A stretch of 64,000 nucleotides of DNA, taken from Gracilinanus agilis. Its lineage: Eukaryota. Below are positions 49,021-61,548 of the stretch, piece after piece. The notes below the pieces were generated by a model. It ran no database searches. It was not told the origin of the DNA and saw only the letters and a list, made by a program, of their open reading frames with translations. The stretch spans positions 682,578,594-682,642,593 of the forward strand of contig NC_058131.1 of the NCBI RefSeq assembly GCF_016433145.1, given 5' to 3'. Both the position numbers and the translations under genes were made by a program. Positions within the stretch are counted from its first letter, which is position 1, and each line of letters starts with the position of its first letter.

Positions 49021-50189
49021 GGAAAGCGAAAAAGAAGACAGAGATTATTCTAACCATAAGGAACAGCTGAGAAAATGTTTAGAATCCAAAGATGAAGTGT
49101 TATGAGAGGGACAGCAAAAAGGTCTGTGTCACTGGATCACGAAGTACATAGGGAGTAGGAGTTGGGATGAGAAATGAATTATATAAACCCTGGAAAGATA
49201 GAAGGTCTGACTATGAAGAACTTTTGAGGCTGAATAGGCAATTACACATTTGACTCTAGGGAATAGGGTTACAGCTAGAATTTAGCAACTGGGAGTGAGG
49301 TTGGTAGAGTCACAGTCAGATCTTCACTTTAGGGAAATTAATTTGACATCTGAGGATGGAGTGGAGTGGGGAGACACTTGATACAGGGAACAACCAGCAG
49401 GTTATTTCAAAAGTCTAAAATAGTAATGGATTTAGCAATTATTGACATTTTCAGAAATGTCCAATCAATAAGCTTTCTCATTTACAGTATGGACTCTCCC
49501 AACCTGGAAATAAACAGCAAGAGTAGATGAACAGTGGGTAAGTTGATGTTCATTCTTCCTGTCCAGTTCATGAATTGTGCATAGAAATAGTCCTTTTCAA
49601 ATGGGAGCAAATGATGGATAGACTAGGTAGAAAAACAAATTCTTTTCCCTTCTCCTGTAATGTCCATCTCCTCTCAGCAGTTTCTGGGTTGGACTTGTAC
49701 AGGAATAGGAATTATCCCTTCTTTCTCATCCCTCCCAGGCTTTTATCTCAAGGATATTAAGTGAAAACCACCCTCCAAGAACTCTATCATCTAAGACTGG
49801 ATTCCTTTACTTCAGTTCCATGAGAGAACTTAATTTTAATATTTTGATAACTGCATTTCAGGATAATCAGTTTTCTTTGAAATCCTCATAAAACAGTGTA
49901 CACAGGATATGTAGATAGGATGTGTCTAAGTCACATTTCTCAATACATCCAATTCCCCTTAACTATTTCTGTGAAAGGCTTATTTTTGTGTAGCTGTAAA
50001 GTCCCCAAAGATTTACTTATAATGAAAGCTATGTATATTTAACTAACTTTCAGTTATGATTATATGCAAATCATCTTTAAGTTGAGGAGATGAATATCTA
50101 TTGACCAAATATTGGAAAGGAAAGAACTTCAGGAACTGAAGAGGATTTGAATTCATTCACCCTGAGAATGGCATCAGTTTTTGTGAACA

Positions 50190-51147
50190 AAATATCTTTT
50201 TTATTTTATTTTTATTTTGGATATTTTCCCATAGTTACATGTTTCATGTTATTTCCCTGTCCCCCAAGTCCCCCTAACCCTCCTTAGCTGACACATAATT
50301 CCACTGGGTTTTACATGTATCATTGATTAAGATCTAATTCCATATTATTGATAGTTGGACTAGTTATCGTTTAGTGTCTACATCCCCAATAATATCCCCA
50401 TCAGCCCATGTGTTCAAGCAGTTGTTTTTCTTCTGTGTTTCTCCTCCCACAGTTCTTCCTCTGAATGTGGTTAGTTTTCTTTCTCATAAGTCCCTCAGGC
50501 TTGCTCTGGATTTTTGCATTGCTGCTAATAGAGAAGTCTGATATGTTCAACTGTACCAAGGTGCATCAGTCTCTGTGTACAATTTTCTCCTGGATCTGCT
50601 CCTTTCACTCTGCATCACTTCCTGGAGGTCATTCCAGTTCACATGGAATTCTTCCAGTTAATTATTCCTTTGAGCACAATAGTATTCTGTCACCAACAGA
50701 TAACACAATTTGTTCAGCCATTCCCCAATCGAAGGACATTATCTCATTTTCCATTTTTTTTGCCACCACATAAAGCACAGCTATGAATATTTTTGTACAA
50801 GTGTTTTTCCTTATTATCTCTTTGGGGTATAAACCAAGCAGTGCTATGGCTGGATCAAAAGGCAGATAGTCTTTTAAAGCCCTTTGGGCATATTTCCAAG
50901 TTGCCTTCCAGATTGGATCAATTCACAACTCTACCAATAATGCATAATGTCCCAATTTTGTCACATCCCCTCCAACATTCATTACTCTCCCCTGCTGTCA
51001 CTTTAGCCAATCTGCTAGGTATGAGGTGATACCTCAGAGTTGTTTTGATTTGCATTTCTCTAATTATTAAAGATTTAGAACACTTTCTCATGTGCTTATT
51101 GATACTTTTGATTTCTTTATCTGAAAATTGCCTATCCATGTCCCTTG
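50190..51147 (-). mobile_element. Relatively young 5'-truncated L1 (ORF2 C-terminus, 3' UTR, A-tail)
   Basis: Minus ORF HMRKCSKSLIIREMQIKTTLRYHL...ECWRGC = L1 ORF2 cysteine-rich C-terminus; T-rich tail at about 50190. Confidence 0.93.
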
Positions 51148-52524
51148 TGTGGCCACCATTTCTGAACCATCCTGCTAGAGTACCTGTTACACAGACATTT
51201 CAAAAAATACTCATTAATTCATTGAAAGGTTGTTTGATTATAGCAACCACAAGTAGAGTCATATAATATTGTCATTTTAAAAGCTTTTAAAGGTCATCCA
51301 AATCAACTCTTTCATTTTACAGATAAGGCAACTAAGGGAATTACTTTAAGAACTAATATAGAGCATTGAACATTGGAGGTTAAAATTATTATAGAATTTG
51401 TCTTATTTCAAATGATATATTTTAGAGATAGGTCCAAGTCATAGGACCATATGCTATGATTTTGAATATGAAGATACTGTGGCCCAGAAAGGTAGTGAGT
51501 TTCTGATGGAAAAATAACTAATTAGGTGGCAGAACCAGGATTAGAAGCCAGTCCTCTAGCAATATACTTCTCTCTTTACTACTTTTAGGATACCTCATGG
51601 TAACCTCTTGCAACATCTTTCTTTTTATTGAGTAATTCCCATAAAACCCAAAAGCTATGAGGTTGGTGCTCACCTAGAACTTTTCCATGAATACTATCAA
51701 ATATAGACAATTCACTTGTAGAAAGATATTAATCTTGAGCCTTAACTTCATAAGAGTTGGGAGGGAGGCTATTCAGAACCAATGATATACAAGGATACCA
51801 TAATGCTAAGAAGATCTATGACCAGATGCAGGGCAATCCTCAAGGAAGCAAACAATGAATAAGTCTTTAAGAAATGAGGCACCACAGTGTCTGAAGGGGA
51901 TAGATTCACATCGGCCACAAGGGATTCTCTCGGTTTCTGTGGAAAGGACCCTGAAGGAGTAATTAACTTATGGTGGTGGTATTATGACTACTGCTGAAAT
52001 ATAAACTCAATTCAGGGTCAGACATCTAGAAAAAAAACATTTCTAGTCCCTCATAGAACTTAAGACCAGGAAATTGTTAGGGATCATTAAGTTTCCCCTC
52101 ATGTTGCATATAAGGAGACTGATACAGAGAGGTAAAGTAAATTGAGTAAAGTCACAGAGCAAATGAGAAGCAGAGATGGAGCTAGAAGCCTGGCCTCCTG
52201 ATTTCTAGTACAATGCTCACTACTATATAATCCTGAATTCTCAAGGACTTTTTATCAGCATACCTATACAGTAGAACCTCCTTTTACATGAACTCAACAC
52301 AAAACTTTAAGTATATATACAAAAAAATAAAAGCAGAAAAATACATAAAATACTTTAAAAATTATGCACTAAATCCATACTATTTCCTCGAGAAGTATAA
52401 AGTCTTATCCACTCACACTCAGTCTCACTCTGGGAAGCATTAGTGTGAGTCATTGCATTTTTTGGTGTGGAACATTAGTTCCCTTATCAGTCTTTGTCAG
52501 AAGTTCTCTCTTTGTAATGAGCCA

Positions 52525-53475
52525 TGTCTAGTCAGAGCCTCAATTCTCTTTGTTTTAGTAAAGTTATTTAGATATCAATAATGACCCCAAAGTACAAGGA
52601 GTGAGGTCATTAGCACTTATAAGCCTAAGAAAATTCATAAAGAGTCTAAGTATGTTTATATTAGAAAACTTTATTAAATAACAGGATTCATTATTATTGT
52701 AGTAGGTAACTTCTGGAAATAGATGGAGAACAGTTTGAGTGACAGATCATTGGTTATAGAACTTGGAATTTATCCAGATGGCATGAGCCAAGGGCAAAAG
52801 ACAGTTGGGGCCACCTCTATAAAAGCCCAGGGGCTCGGCCATTCAAAGTCTCAGTCTTGAGAAGGGATTTCTGGAGGGCAGAGGGTGGTGAAGGTGGGTA
52901 GGCTTATAGACCTGCAGATCCAGCATCCATACCTTATTGCCACAAGAAGTTCATTCACCTATTACTAAACAGAGCTGAGAGATAACAACAACACAGCTGT
53001 CAAGAAGGTTATCAATACCCCTTCCTTGCCTTTGGTCTAGACCATGGCCGAGTCTGACCAGGGTCTGTGAGGGGGAGAAGAATCTCCAGCCAAATACCAA
53101 CTCGTTGCTCATTGATTAGATTACTTCAGTGATTCCCAAAGTGGACAGTACAACCCCCTGGTGGGTGCTGCAGTGATCCAGGAGGATGGTGATGGCCACA
53201 CTGTTTTTGTATTACATTCTATTCTGAGTTCGATAAATAGTTTCATAATTTCCAGGGGGTGCCAAGTGATATTTTTTCTGGAAAGGGGGCAGTAAGCCAA
53301 AAAAGTTTGGGAACCACTGGATTACTTTAACCTTCATTCGATTTACCATAGCCATTCCCAACAACTCTTTCCTTATCCTGAATCCTACCCCTTTGAGTCT
53401 AAAGCATTAAATACCTTTCAAACTTGATTCAAGTGAAGATTGGCATTCATTCCAAGGGGCAAGTGAATAGCTACA
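52525..53475 (+). mobile_element. ERV solo LTR interrupted by a hAT MITE
   Basis: TG...CA with candidate 4-bp TSD GCCA (52521-52524 and 53476-53479); TATA ctataaaag at about 52817; attaaa near 3' end. Confidence 0.65.
53127..53319. mobile_element. Non-autonomous hAT (Charlie-group) MITE, 193 bp
   Basis: Same TIRs as 7726-7898; perfect 8-bp TSD GATTACTT (53119-53126 and 53320-53327). Confidence 0.92.
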
Positions 53476-53518
53476 GCCAAAGGGGAAAGGGGATTTTACC
53501 AAAATCATAGTCAATTCA

Positions 53519-54335
53519 TGTTATCCATTCAAATACCAACAACTAGCCCTATTGCCAACCTTTATCATCTAACCTAACCCCAAGCCAAGGAACCTGAGGA
53601 GCTGCTGAACAATATATACAGCTGCTCCCTCAATAACTTTGGCTTGGGCACTGTTAGGTGATTAGCTGAGTTGGTCATCCATAAGCCCTGGTGGTTACCA
53701 GCATACTTTGCTGTTGTGAGGATTATTTAGCTATTAATTTAGTATTAGTGTTGGACCTAGCAGGAAGGGCTGGAGGATTCCAAGATGGATGAAGAAGCAG
53801 GAAGTATGTTTCTGGCTGACTGAGAGAGACTCCATGGTGGTTGGGGCAAGCAGCAACTGACAGCTAGGAGACATCAGATTTACCAGTGATCCTGTGGAAA
53901 GACCATCACCTACTTGTGGGAGATTTTGGTAGAGACTGCTAAATCCCAACCTGAGTTGCAGGTCAACTTTGGGCTGGGTCAGCTCCCAGAATCTACCCAC
54001 CTGGAAGAGTGCAGCTGGTGGTCCAGGAGGAGCAGATACATCACTGCAGTGAGGCTGAACACTACTGTTGTGAGAATACTCACTCTTGTCCTGCCTTTTC
54101 CTGGGCCCTGTTATACTTAGGTCTTAGTTTAGTGTAGTCAAGTCCTTCCCCTGCCCTGTGGTTTGCCCTTAGCTTTTAAGTGTAGTAAACCCTATTCCCA
54201 TCCTTAATCTTAGTTTGTCCTTGATTAAATGTGTTGCCTTAACTTATAAACTCCTGTCTTTACTTTGCTGGTTATCATAGGCCTACTCTTGGTGCTTCAG
54301 AGTGGCAGTTGGACCTAACAGCCAATTCAGTAACA
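53519..54335 (+). mobile_element. Second LTR-like element
   Basis: TGTTA...TAACA inverted termini, attaaa near 3' end; TSD not resolved. Confidence 0.55.
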
Positions 54336-54932
54336 GACACCCTTTGCTCTTAAACTTTATTCTCCCTACTTTTTGGGCCCCTTCCTGTCATTCCTGTGTC
54401 CCACTCATCCACCTTTTTACTGTTTAAGGCATCTTTCCCTGGTTTCTCCCTTAACATTGGTGGCTACCCAGGCATCACTATCCCTACTCAGTCTAGATCC
54501 ATTTACCACCTGAGGATCCTGGATCAGCTCATCAGGCCCAGCTTATAGAAGCACTTTCCTGTCCACCCTTCCATCTAGTTGCCCCACAGTTGAGCAATAA
54601 CATTATGCATGATTTTCAACTTATTCAGTCTTCAAATATGTTGTTTGAGTAAAATGAAGTTCTACTGTACCAGGTGGGGTCTTGAGAGATCATTGAAAGG
54701 TAATAAGGAAACACAATGAACAAAAGATTTGTTAGAACATGGATAACATTCTTCATCAGTCCTCAGAAATCACAGATGGTCATTGCATTCATAAAAGTTC
54801 CTAACTTTATTTCTGTATTGTTGTTACATTATTGTAAATTGTTATAAATGTTCTATAAATTGTTCTATTCACTCTATCACTTCATACAAGTTTTCTTCAG
54901 TTTCTCCAAAACCATCTTTTTTGTCATTTCTT

Positions 54933-55129
54933 TTTTTTAAACCCTTACCTTCTGCCTTGGAGCCAATTGCATATTGGCTCCAAGGGAGAAGAGTGGTAAG
55001 GACTAGGCAATGGGGGTTAAGTGACTTGCCCAGTCACACAATTGGGAAGTGTCAGAGGTCAGATTTGAACCTAGGGCCCCCCGTCTCTAGGCCTGACTCT
55101 CAATCCACTGAGCTATCCAGCTGCCCCCC
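54933..55129 (-). mobile_element. Young SINE1_Mdo-type SINE (long-tail), inserted in an old L1 3' remnant
   Basis: 15-bp TSD tttttgtcatttctt (54918-54932 and 55130-55144). Confidence 0.92.
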
Positions 55130-55619
55130 TTTTTGTCATTTCTTAAAGCACCAGGGTATTTCACTATATTCTTATGCTCCAATTTATTTAGCCATTTTCC
55201 AATTGGTGTTTATCCCCAGTTTTTTATCATTTTCCACCAAAAATTGCTTAAATGCTTTTGTACATGTTATTTCCTTTATGTTTTTTAAAAATAGATATTT
55301 TTGAGGATTGGATTTAATAGTGGTATAATTGGTTCAAAACTTGTACAATTTAGTGATTTAGAGATATAGTTACAAATTGGCATCTACAGCTGCTGAAGCA
55401 ATCCATAGCACCCCCATCAGTGAATTAATGTGCTGTTTTTCTCCACAGCTATTCCTTTTCTTTATTTCTAATTTAATGGTAATATTAGTAACTGACAATA
55501 CACTGTGATACTCTTCAGGTTCAAAAAACTCTTGCCTTCATGGTGAAAGCTTACATCCTATTAAGAAAAAATAATATATGCACAGACATAGGCAATATAA
55601 TAAAGAATATAATGAAGAG

Positions 55620-56065
55620 AAGAAATCCAGGTAAATTTTAAGAAAAATCAGGAGGTATACCAGATTTCAGACTGTATTACAAAGTGATAATCATTAAAAC
55701 AATATGGCATTGGGGGCAGCTGGGTAGCTCAGTGGACAGAGAGTCAGGCCTAGAGATGGGAGGTCCTAGGTTCAAATCCGGCCTCAGACATTTCCGGCTA
55801 TGTGACCCTGGACAAGTCACTTGACCCCCATTGCCCACCCTTACCACTTTTCCACCAAGGAGCCAATACACAGAAGTTAAGGGTTTAAAAAAAACAATAT
55901 GGCATTAGCTAAAAATAGAGGTAGTGGGACAGAGGAATAGATTTGGTTCAAAATACATAGTAGGAAATGACTGTAATAATCTAATGTCTGATAATTCCAA
56001 AGATCTAAGGTTTGGGGGTAAGAACTCAACATCTGAGAAAAATTACTGGGAAAATTAAAAAGAGG
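55620..56065 (+). mobile_element. L1 ORF2 fragment split by a SINE
   Basis: PDFRLYYKVIIIKTIWH [SINE] ...KNYWEN, rejoined across the TSD. Confidence 0.8.
55712..55890 (+). mobile_element. Young SINE1_Mdo-type SINE (short-tail)
   Basis: 16-bp TSD aaaacaatatggcatt (55696-55711 and 55891-55906). Confidence 0.93.
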
Positions 56066-56941
56066 ATTGGAAGAAACTACACATGGATTAACATTTCGTA
56101 CCATAGAACAAGTTAAAGATGAAGTGATTTACCTAAAGTGACACAAGGGAGCTAAAATTGGAATCTTTTGACTCCAAATCAGTGCTCTGTGCCCAGCTAT
56201 TTATCAAGCATAACAAAAATAACTGATAGTGACATAGTTCTTTTTTAACTTAAAAGATACTTTACATATATACTATCTTACTGGACCTTCACAATAATCC
56301 TGTGAGGAAGGGAGTATTAAAATCCTCATTTGACATATGAGGATCCTGAAGTTGACAAAAGCAAAGTGGCTTGCTTAGGGTCACAGAGATAATACAAATC
56401 TGAGGCAAAATGATAACTCAGGCCTTTCTAAGTCCAAGTCCAGTGGTCTCTTCATTATGCCACCTACGTGCCTCTAACACAATCAACAAACAATAGCACA
56501 GATTGACTGGACAATAGAATTAGTGCACAAAGGAATGATGTAAAATACCTCTAAAACACACTGTTATAGATAGATATGGGAAAGAGCCTTAAAAATGAAG
56601 GTAAGTCATTTGTCTTCTCTTTTCCCACTTGTCATGAGGATTTTCTAAAACATTTTGGTAGGAAAATAGCATAGTTAAATCTAGTTATTTTGGCAAGTGT
56701 ATGAAGAATAGATTGTATAGGGGCAAGGAAGAAGGTATTAGAGGCAAATAGAGTAACTAGCTTTTAAATGATGGGTACATAAATTAGGACATATAAATTT
56801 GAGTGAAGAGAAGGGGAATGGTGTGAGAGATATTATGGAGTAAAGATCAACAGTATTTAATTATCAACTCATTCATGTGGATTGTGAACAAATGGTAGAG
56901 ACCAAGATAAGTTAATAAATTTATTATTTCAATACTAGGTG

Positions 56942-57140
56942 GGGACAGCTGGGTAGCTCAGTGGATAGAGAGCCAAGCCTAGAGATGAAAGGTCCTAGGT
57001 TCAAATCTAACCTCAGACACTTCCCACCTGTGTGACCCTGGGCAAGTCACTTGACCCCCATTGCCTACCCTTACCACTCTTCTGCCTTGGAGCCAATACA
57101 TGGTGTTGACTCCAAGATGGAAAGTGAGGGTTTAAAAAAA
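56942..57140 (+). mobile_element. Young SINE1_Mdo-type SINE (long-tail)
   Basis: Full tRNA-like head, CORE and tail; TSD actaggtg (56934-56941 and 57141-57148). Confidence 0.9.
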
Positions 57141-57377
57141 ACTAGGTGAATGAGAGGATGTTGTGCAAGCAAAAACTGAAATAAATAATTTGGCAATAGA
57201 GCAGGGGGATTATGAAGCTCAAGTTGGTCAAAGAGATACATTCTAGCTCTTAGTGAAAAATCATTCTATGAATCCAATAACCAAGATTTCTAGAAGTAAT
57301 TCCTTTTTAATTTATATTTTATATTGAAATTTCAAAAATAAAATTACAGCTAAGTATCATGGACAAATTACAAATAT

Positions 57378-58304
57378 TTATTGAATGAATGGAAACATTT
57401 TCTTGACTGCTGTTTTGAAATCCTTATTTCTCAGAGTATAAATGAGAGGGTTTAAGGTGGGGCTGATAGTAGTGTATAGTACAGCCACTATTTTGCCATT
57501 ATCCATGGAGGACCCAGAGCCTGGGAGAATGTATGTGTATATAATTGTAGTATAATATATGGTGACCACGATGAGATGGGAGGAACAGGTAGAGAAGGCT
57601 TTCTTCTTCCCTTCTTTGGTGCGAATCTTCAGAATGCTGGAGATGATGAAGCCATAGGACACCATAGTGAATCCAAAATTGATCACCCCAAAGTATACAT
57701 CTGCAATGACTATCATTACATTGTTTAGGTATGTGGAGGTACAGGAAAGCAGTAGCAAAGTGGGGATTTCACACAAAAAGTGTTTAATTTGATTGGGGCC
57801 ACAGAAGGTTAAGTGTGCCATAAGGCCAGTGTGTACTGATGAGCTGACGGCACTAATGGCCCACACACTACCAGCTAGGAAGATGCAAACCATTCTGCTC
57901 ATCATGGTAGTGTAATGGAGAGGGTGACAGATGGCCACATACCTGTCATAAGCCATGGCTGTGAAAAGCAGAAGTTCAGCACCCAAAAACCATGTGAGGA
58001 AATACAACTGGGTCATACAGCCATCATAGGAGATGGATTTCTTATCCACAAGATTTTCCAGCAACTTAGGAAGAACTGTAGATGTGCATCCAATATCTAA
58101 GATTGCCAAATTGGCAAGAAAAAAGTACATAGGTGTATGGAGACCTGAATCTAGGCTTATAGCCCACACAATGAGAGCATTGCCTATTAGAGCCATTATG
58201 TAAAGAAAGAAGAAGATAAAAAAGAGGGCAAGCTGAAGTGGAGGAGTCTCAGAGAAACCTTGCAGGAAAAACTCAGTCACTATTGTTTGATTACTCACTG
58301 CCAT
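57378..58304 (-). CDS. Olfactory receptor family 13 (OR13A/G-like), OR E, intact, 308 aa from MAVSNQT
   Basis: LHTPMYFFL, MAYDRYVAICHPLHY, KAFSTCSSHL, PTLNPLIYTLRNKDF. The frame stays open 67 codons upstream to an ATG at 58505, but an acceptor (tttgtttctactctag at 58391) probably makes that ATG intronic. Confidence 0.92.
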   Translation of the reverse strand: MAVSNQTIVTEFFLQGFSETPPLQLALFFIFFFLYIMALIGNALIVWAISLDSGLHTPMYFFLANLAILDIGCTSTVLPKLLENLVDKKSISYDGCMTQLYFLTWFLGAELLLFTAMAYDRYVAICHPLHYTTMMSRMVCIFLAGSVWAISAVSSSVHTGLMAHLTFCGPNQIKHFLCEIPTLLLLSCTSTYLNNVMIVIADVYFGVINFGFTMVSYGFIISSILKIRTKEGKKKAFSTCSSHLIVVTIYYTTIIYTYILPGSGSSMDNGKIVAVLYTTISPTLNPLIYTLRNKDFKTAVKKMFPFIQ

Positions 58305-60487
58305 TTGACTAGCAGATGCTCCTTCAATCCTCCAGAGGAAGTCTTCCAAAGGAAAGTCTCCTTCATGAGTCAATAAAGAGATCAGGTGAACTAGAGTAGA
58401 AACAAAATACACATTTTTCATTAAAATTTTAAAAAATATTGTAGAGATAGGACTATCGTCATGCACATGTCTGAAACTAGAATTATTGGTAACTGGTGAA
58501 ACCATAGATTGAAAATAGCAACATTAGCACCAGCCCCAACCCCCAAATTACTATAAAATACAATCCCTGCCAGTAACTTCTACCCCTAAGTAATATCCCT
58601 TCCCAATATATAAATCCCTTTCTTTCCCTACTCATCTTCTTTTATTTCATGTTATAATATTATTTTCATATTATATTCCTCTTTTTCCTATTGTTTTGCT
58701 TTTGAACACATTTCCTCCTTGAACATAAGGATCAAATATTATTTCTATTGTTTCTTCCTATTCAATTCCATAACTGTTTAAGCACTAAGTATGTGCCAGA
58801 CACTGTGCTAAGCTGTGAGGATACAAATAAGGAAAAGACTATCACACATATAACACAGAAAAAAAGAGAAACAACAATTAACCATTGGCCTCAGAATCAG
58901 AAGACCTGGTTTGGAATTGTAGCTTTGGCACTTTCAAGATCTGTGACCTTAAACAAAGCAATTAAATTTTGTATATAAGGTCTAGAGATGGAAGGGAACT
59001 GAGGAATGCTCTTAGACTGACTTCTTTTTACAGGAGATAATAATGAATTCCTGTGAAATAACTTGCCCAAGGTCACAAAGATTGTAAATGTCAGAGTCCA
59101 AATTTAATCTGTTGTCCTTTGAATCTCCATTGAGGGCTTTTTCCATGAAGCCTCCTGTTTGTCTTGCAAAATCTGGCCTTATTCCTGTATGATGCATCAC
59201 AGAGGCTATATGTATTAAACTATTTAGATAATAGCTTAATAATACCTTATTCATACAGTTTTAAAACAATAAGAATTTCTATTAACGAAGTATTTTACTC
59301 ATCAATGGATTGATATTAATTGGATTAACACATGTATTTTAAACATCTACTATGATTCAAGTATTCTGCTTGACATTGGGAGTATATTTGCATATACTCA
59401 CCCAGAAGTGAGTATATGCAAATATTGTTTTTTGTGACCTATATCTGTGATTTCATCAACAAAAGGAACTCCCTTTTGAAAAAACTTCCCCCACCAAAGG
59501 GTATGTACTGTAAAAATAAAAGGTGACTGTAAAATAATAGAGCAATGGATTAATTATTAATATAAAGTGATTTCAGATAGTCTGCTGTGCTTGCAAAGTA
59601 TCTTTAGTTTATATCAGTGAAGTAAAGCTCATAAATGAACTTCTCTTCTGGGTACAGGTGCAAGGATGCTAACGAGACTCTTGTTATAAAAACAAATAAG
59701 AGATTCATTGAAATATATAAGAATAAAAGGATTTCTAACTCTAAGGGATTCTAACTCATCTGAAATAAAACTCCCTGGTTCCACAAGGAACCGCTTCTCC
59801 TTTGTCCACAGGCTACACTGATACTTCCTGATATGACTAACCAAATTTTTACTATTCTAAATAAACTAACATTAATTATCCTTATAATTCTTAACTTCAC
59901 CTTCAAGTTATAAAAATAATGAAGGCAAGCTGGTTGAGCCTCAACAAGAATTAAGTTAGGACTCTGAGCCTTAGTAGACTCAGAGTCCAAACCAAAGACC
60001 AGGTCTTTCTTTGGTCTTCTCAGAGTTAAAACAATCTATAAAAACAACAATAGATATTTACTAGTGTTTCCCAAGTTGGGAAAGAAAAATGCTTAACTCC
60101 TTCAGGTCTTCCCCTCCTTTCCTTCTACTTCAGACAGGAAAGAGAGTCCCTGTGTGTGACTCTGCCAACTTCCAGAGACCAACTGCCACACCCAGAGAAA
60201 TTGTAACAGGAAAAACTGTTAAACTGTCAACATTTGAAAGTGATACTGTCTCAGCTCTGTTTGAAACTCCAATTCTTTCTCAAGCCAGCTTCTCAACTTC
60301 TTATCTCTAAACTAATATAAAAAGACTTATTTTCTAACATCATCCTTATAGTACCTTAAAGTCTTAGCCCCTATAGGCAGAGGGTACATAGTCATGGGAC
60401 TATTTCAAGTACTTTACCTTAAAGTAATGGAGACAAATAGGGGTGCAAATTCACTTAGAAAATCCCTACTTAACATTATTTTATTTT

Positions 60488-60668
60488 GAAAGCAGCTGGG
60501 TAGCTCAGTGGATTGATAATCAGGCCTACAGACAGGAGGTCCTAGGTTCAAATCTGGCCTCAGACACTTCCCAGCTGTATGACCCTGGGCAAGTCACTTG
60601 ACTCCCATTGCCCACCCTTACCACTCTTCCACCTATGAGCCAATACACAGAAGTTAAGGGTTTAAAAA
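60488..60668 (+). mobile_element. Young SINE1_Mdo-type SINE (short-tail)
   Basis: 16-bp TSD aacattattttatttt (60472-60487 and 60669-60684). Confidence 0.92.
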
Positions 60669-61437
60669 AACATTATTTTATTTTAATTTTTAAATTTTTA
60701 TTTTATTAAATATTTTCCAATTACATTTTAATGGGGTGGATCTCACTTTGGGAATTCTTCAAGCTCTCTGATGAGTGTGATATGTTTTCCTTAGCATGGT
60801 ACATAAATGATAGCCACCATTATTGAATATTTAACTGAAGATTTCTCTTAGCTGTTGCTTTTGACTTCATTACTATTTTTCTTTTTATATTTAACTTTTT
60901 CTTTTTTTCAATTACACATAGAAATAGTTTTTGACAATTATTTTCTGACATTTTACAATTTGACTGTATTCTATACTACCTAGTCTTGTCCCACCCCAAA
61001 TAAAGGAAAAAACAATAAACAAATCACCGAATAAACCTGGAAAACTTGCCACTTATTCATTTTGAACACCAAGCCAGACATATCTCTTTTCTCTGATTAG
61101 TAACATAGCCAATCTGTGTGATGAAAAATGTATTATCTGAGTATGTAGAAATTACTGAAGCTGCAAAACATCCCTATGAAATAGATAGGGAAGACTTCAC
61201 ATTCTAGAATTTTTAGCTTGAACATAAGATAATGGGACTTTTTTATGCTCATTTACCTCAGAACTAGAGTTTGTGAATCTAAGTTTGCCATTATCTAAGG
61301 TTCACACAAATAGTTTATAATAATGTAATAAGTACTATATACCACATGACCTTAGTGTGAAGAGAGAGATTGAAAGATCATGAGTTGCAACAGATCATAC
61401 AGAAAGGGCTAGAAGGGTCCTTAAAAACCATCTTGGC

Positions 61438-61548
61438 CAGTAGTTCTCAAAATTTTTGGTCTCAGGATGACTTTACAATATTCAAAATTGAGGTCCTCCC
61501 AAAAGTTTCTGTTTATGTGAGTTATACCTATTGATATTTACCATACTG
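61438..61548 (+). mobile_element. MER33/Charlie1-like hAT DNA transposon 5' end, cut by L1
   Basis: cagtagttctcaaaatttttggtctcagga...tttgtttatgtg.gttatacctattgatatttacc matches MER33 as recalled. Confidence 0.7.

Noticed and set aside
54921-55304. 127-aa ORF, and the 28108-28542 144-aa ORF
   Set aside because: Read-through of antisense SINE/L1 sequence.
55712-55790. tRNA-like sequence with A/B boxes
   Set aside because: SINE head, not a tRNA gene: it continues into CORE and tail and is flanked by TSDs.
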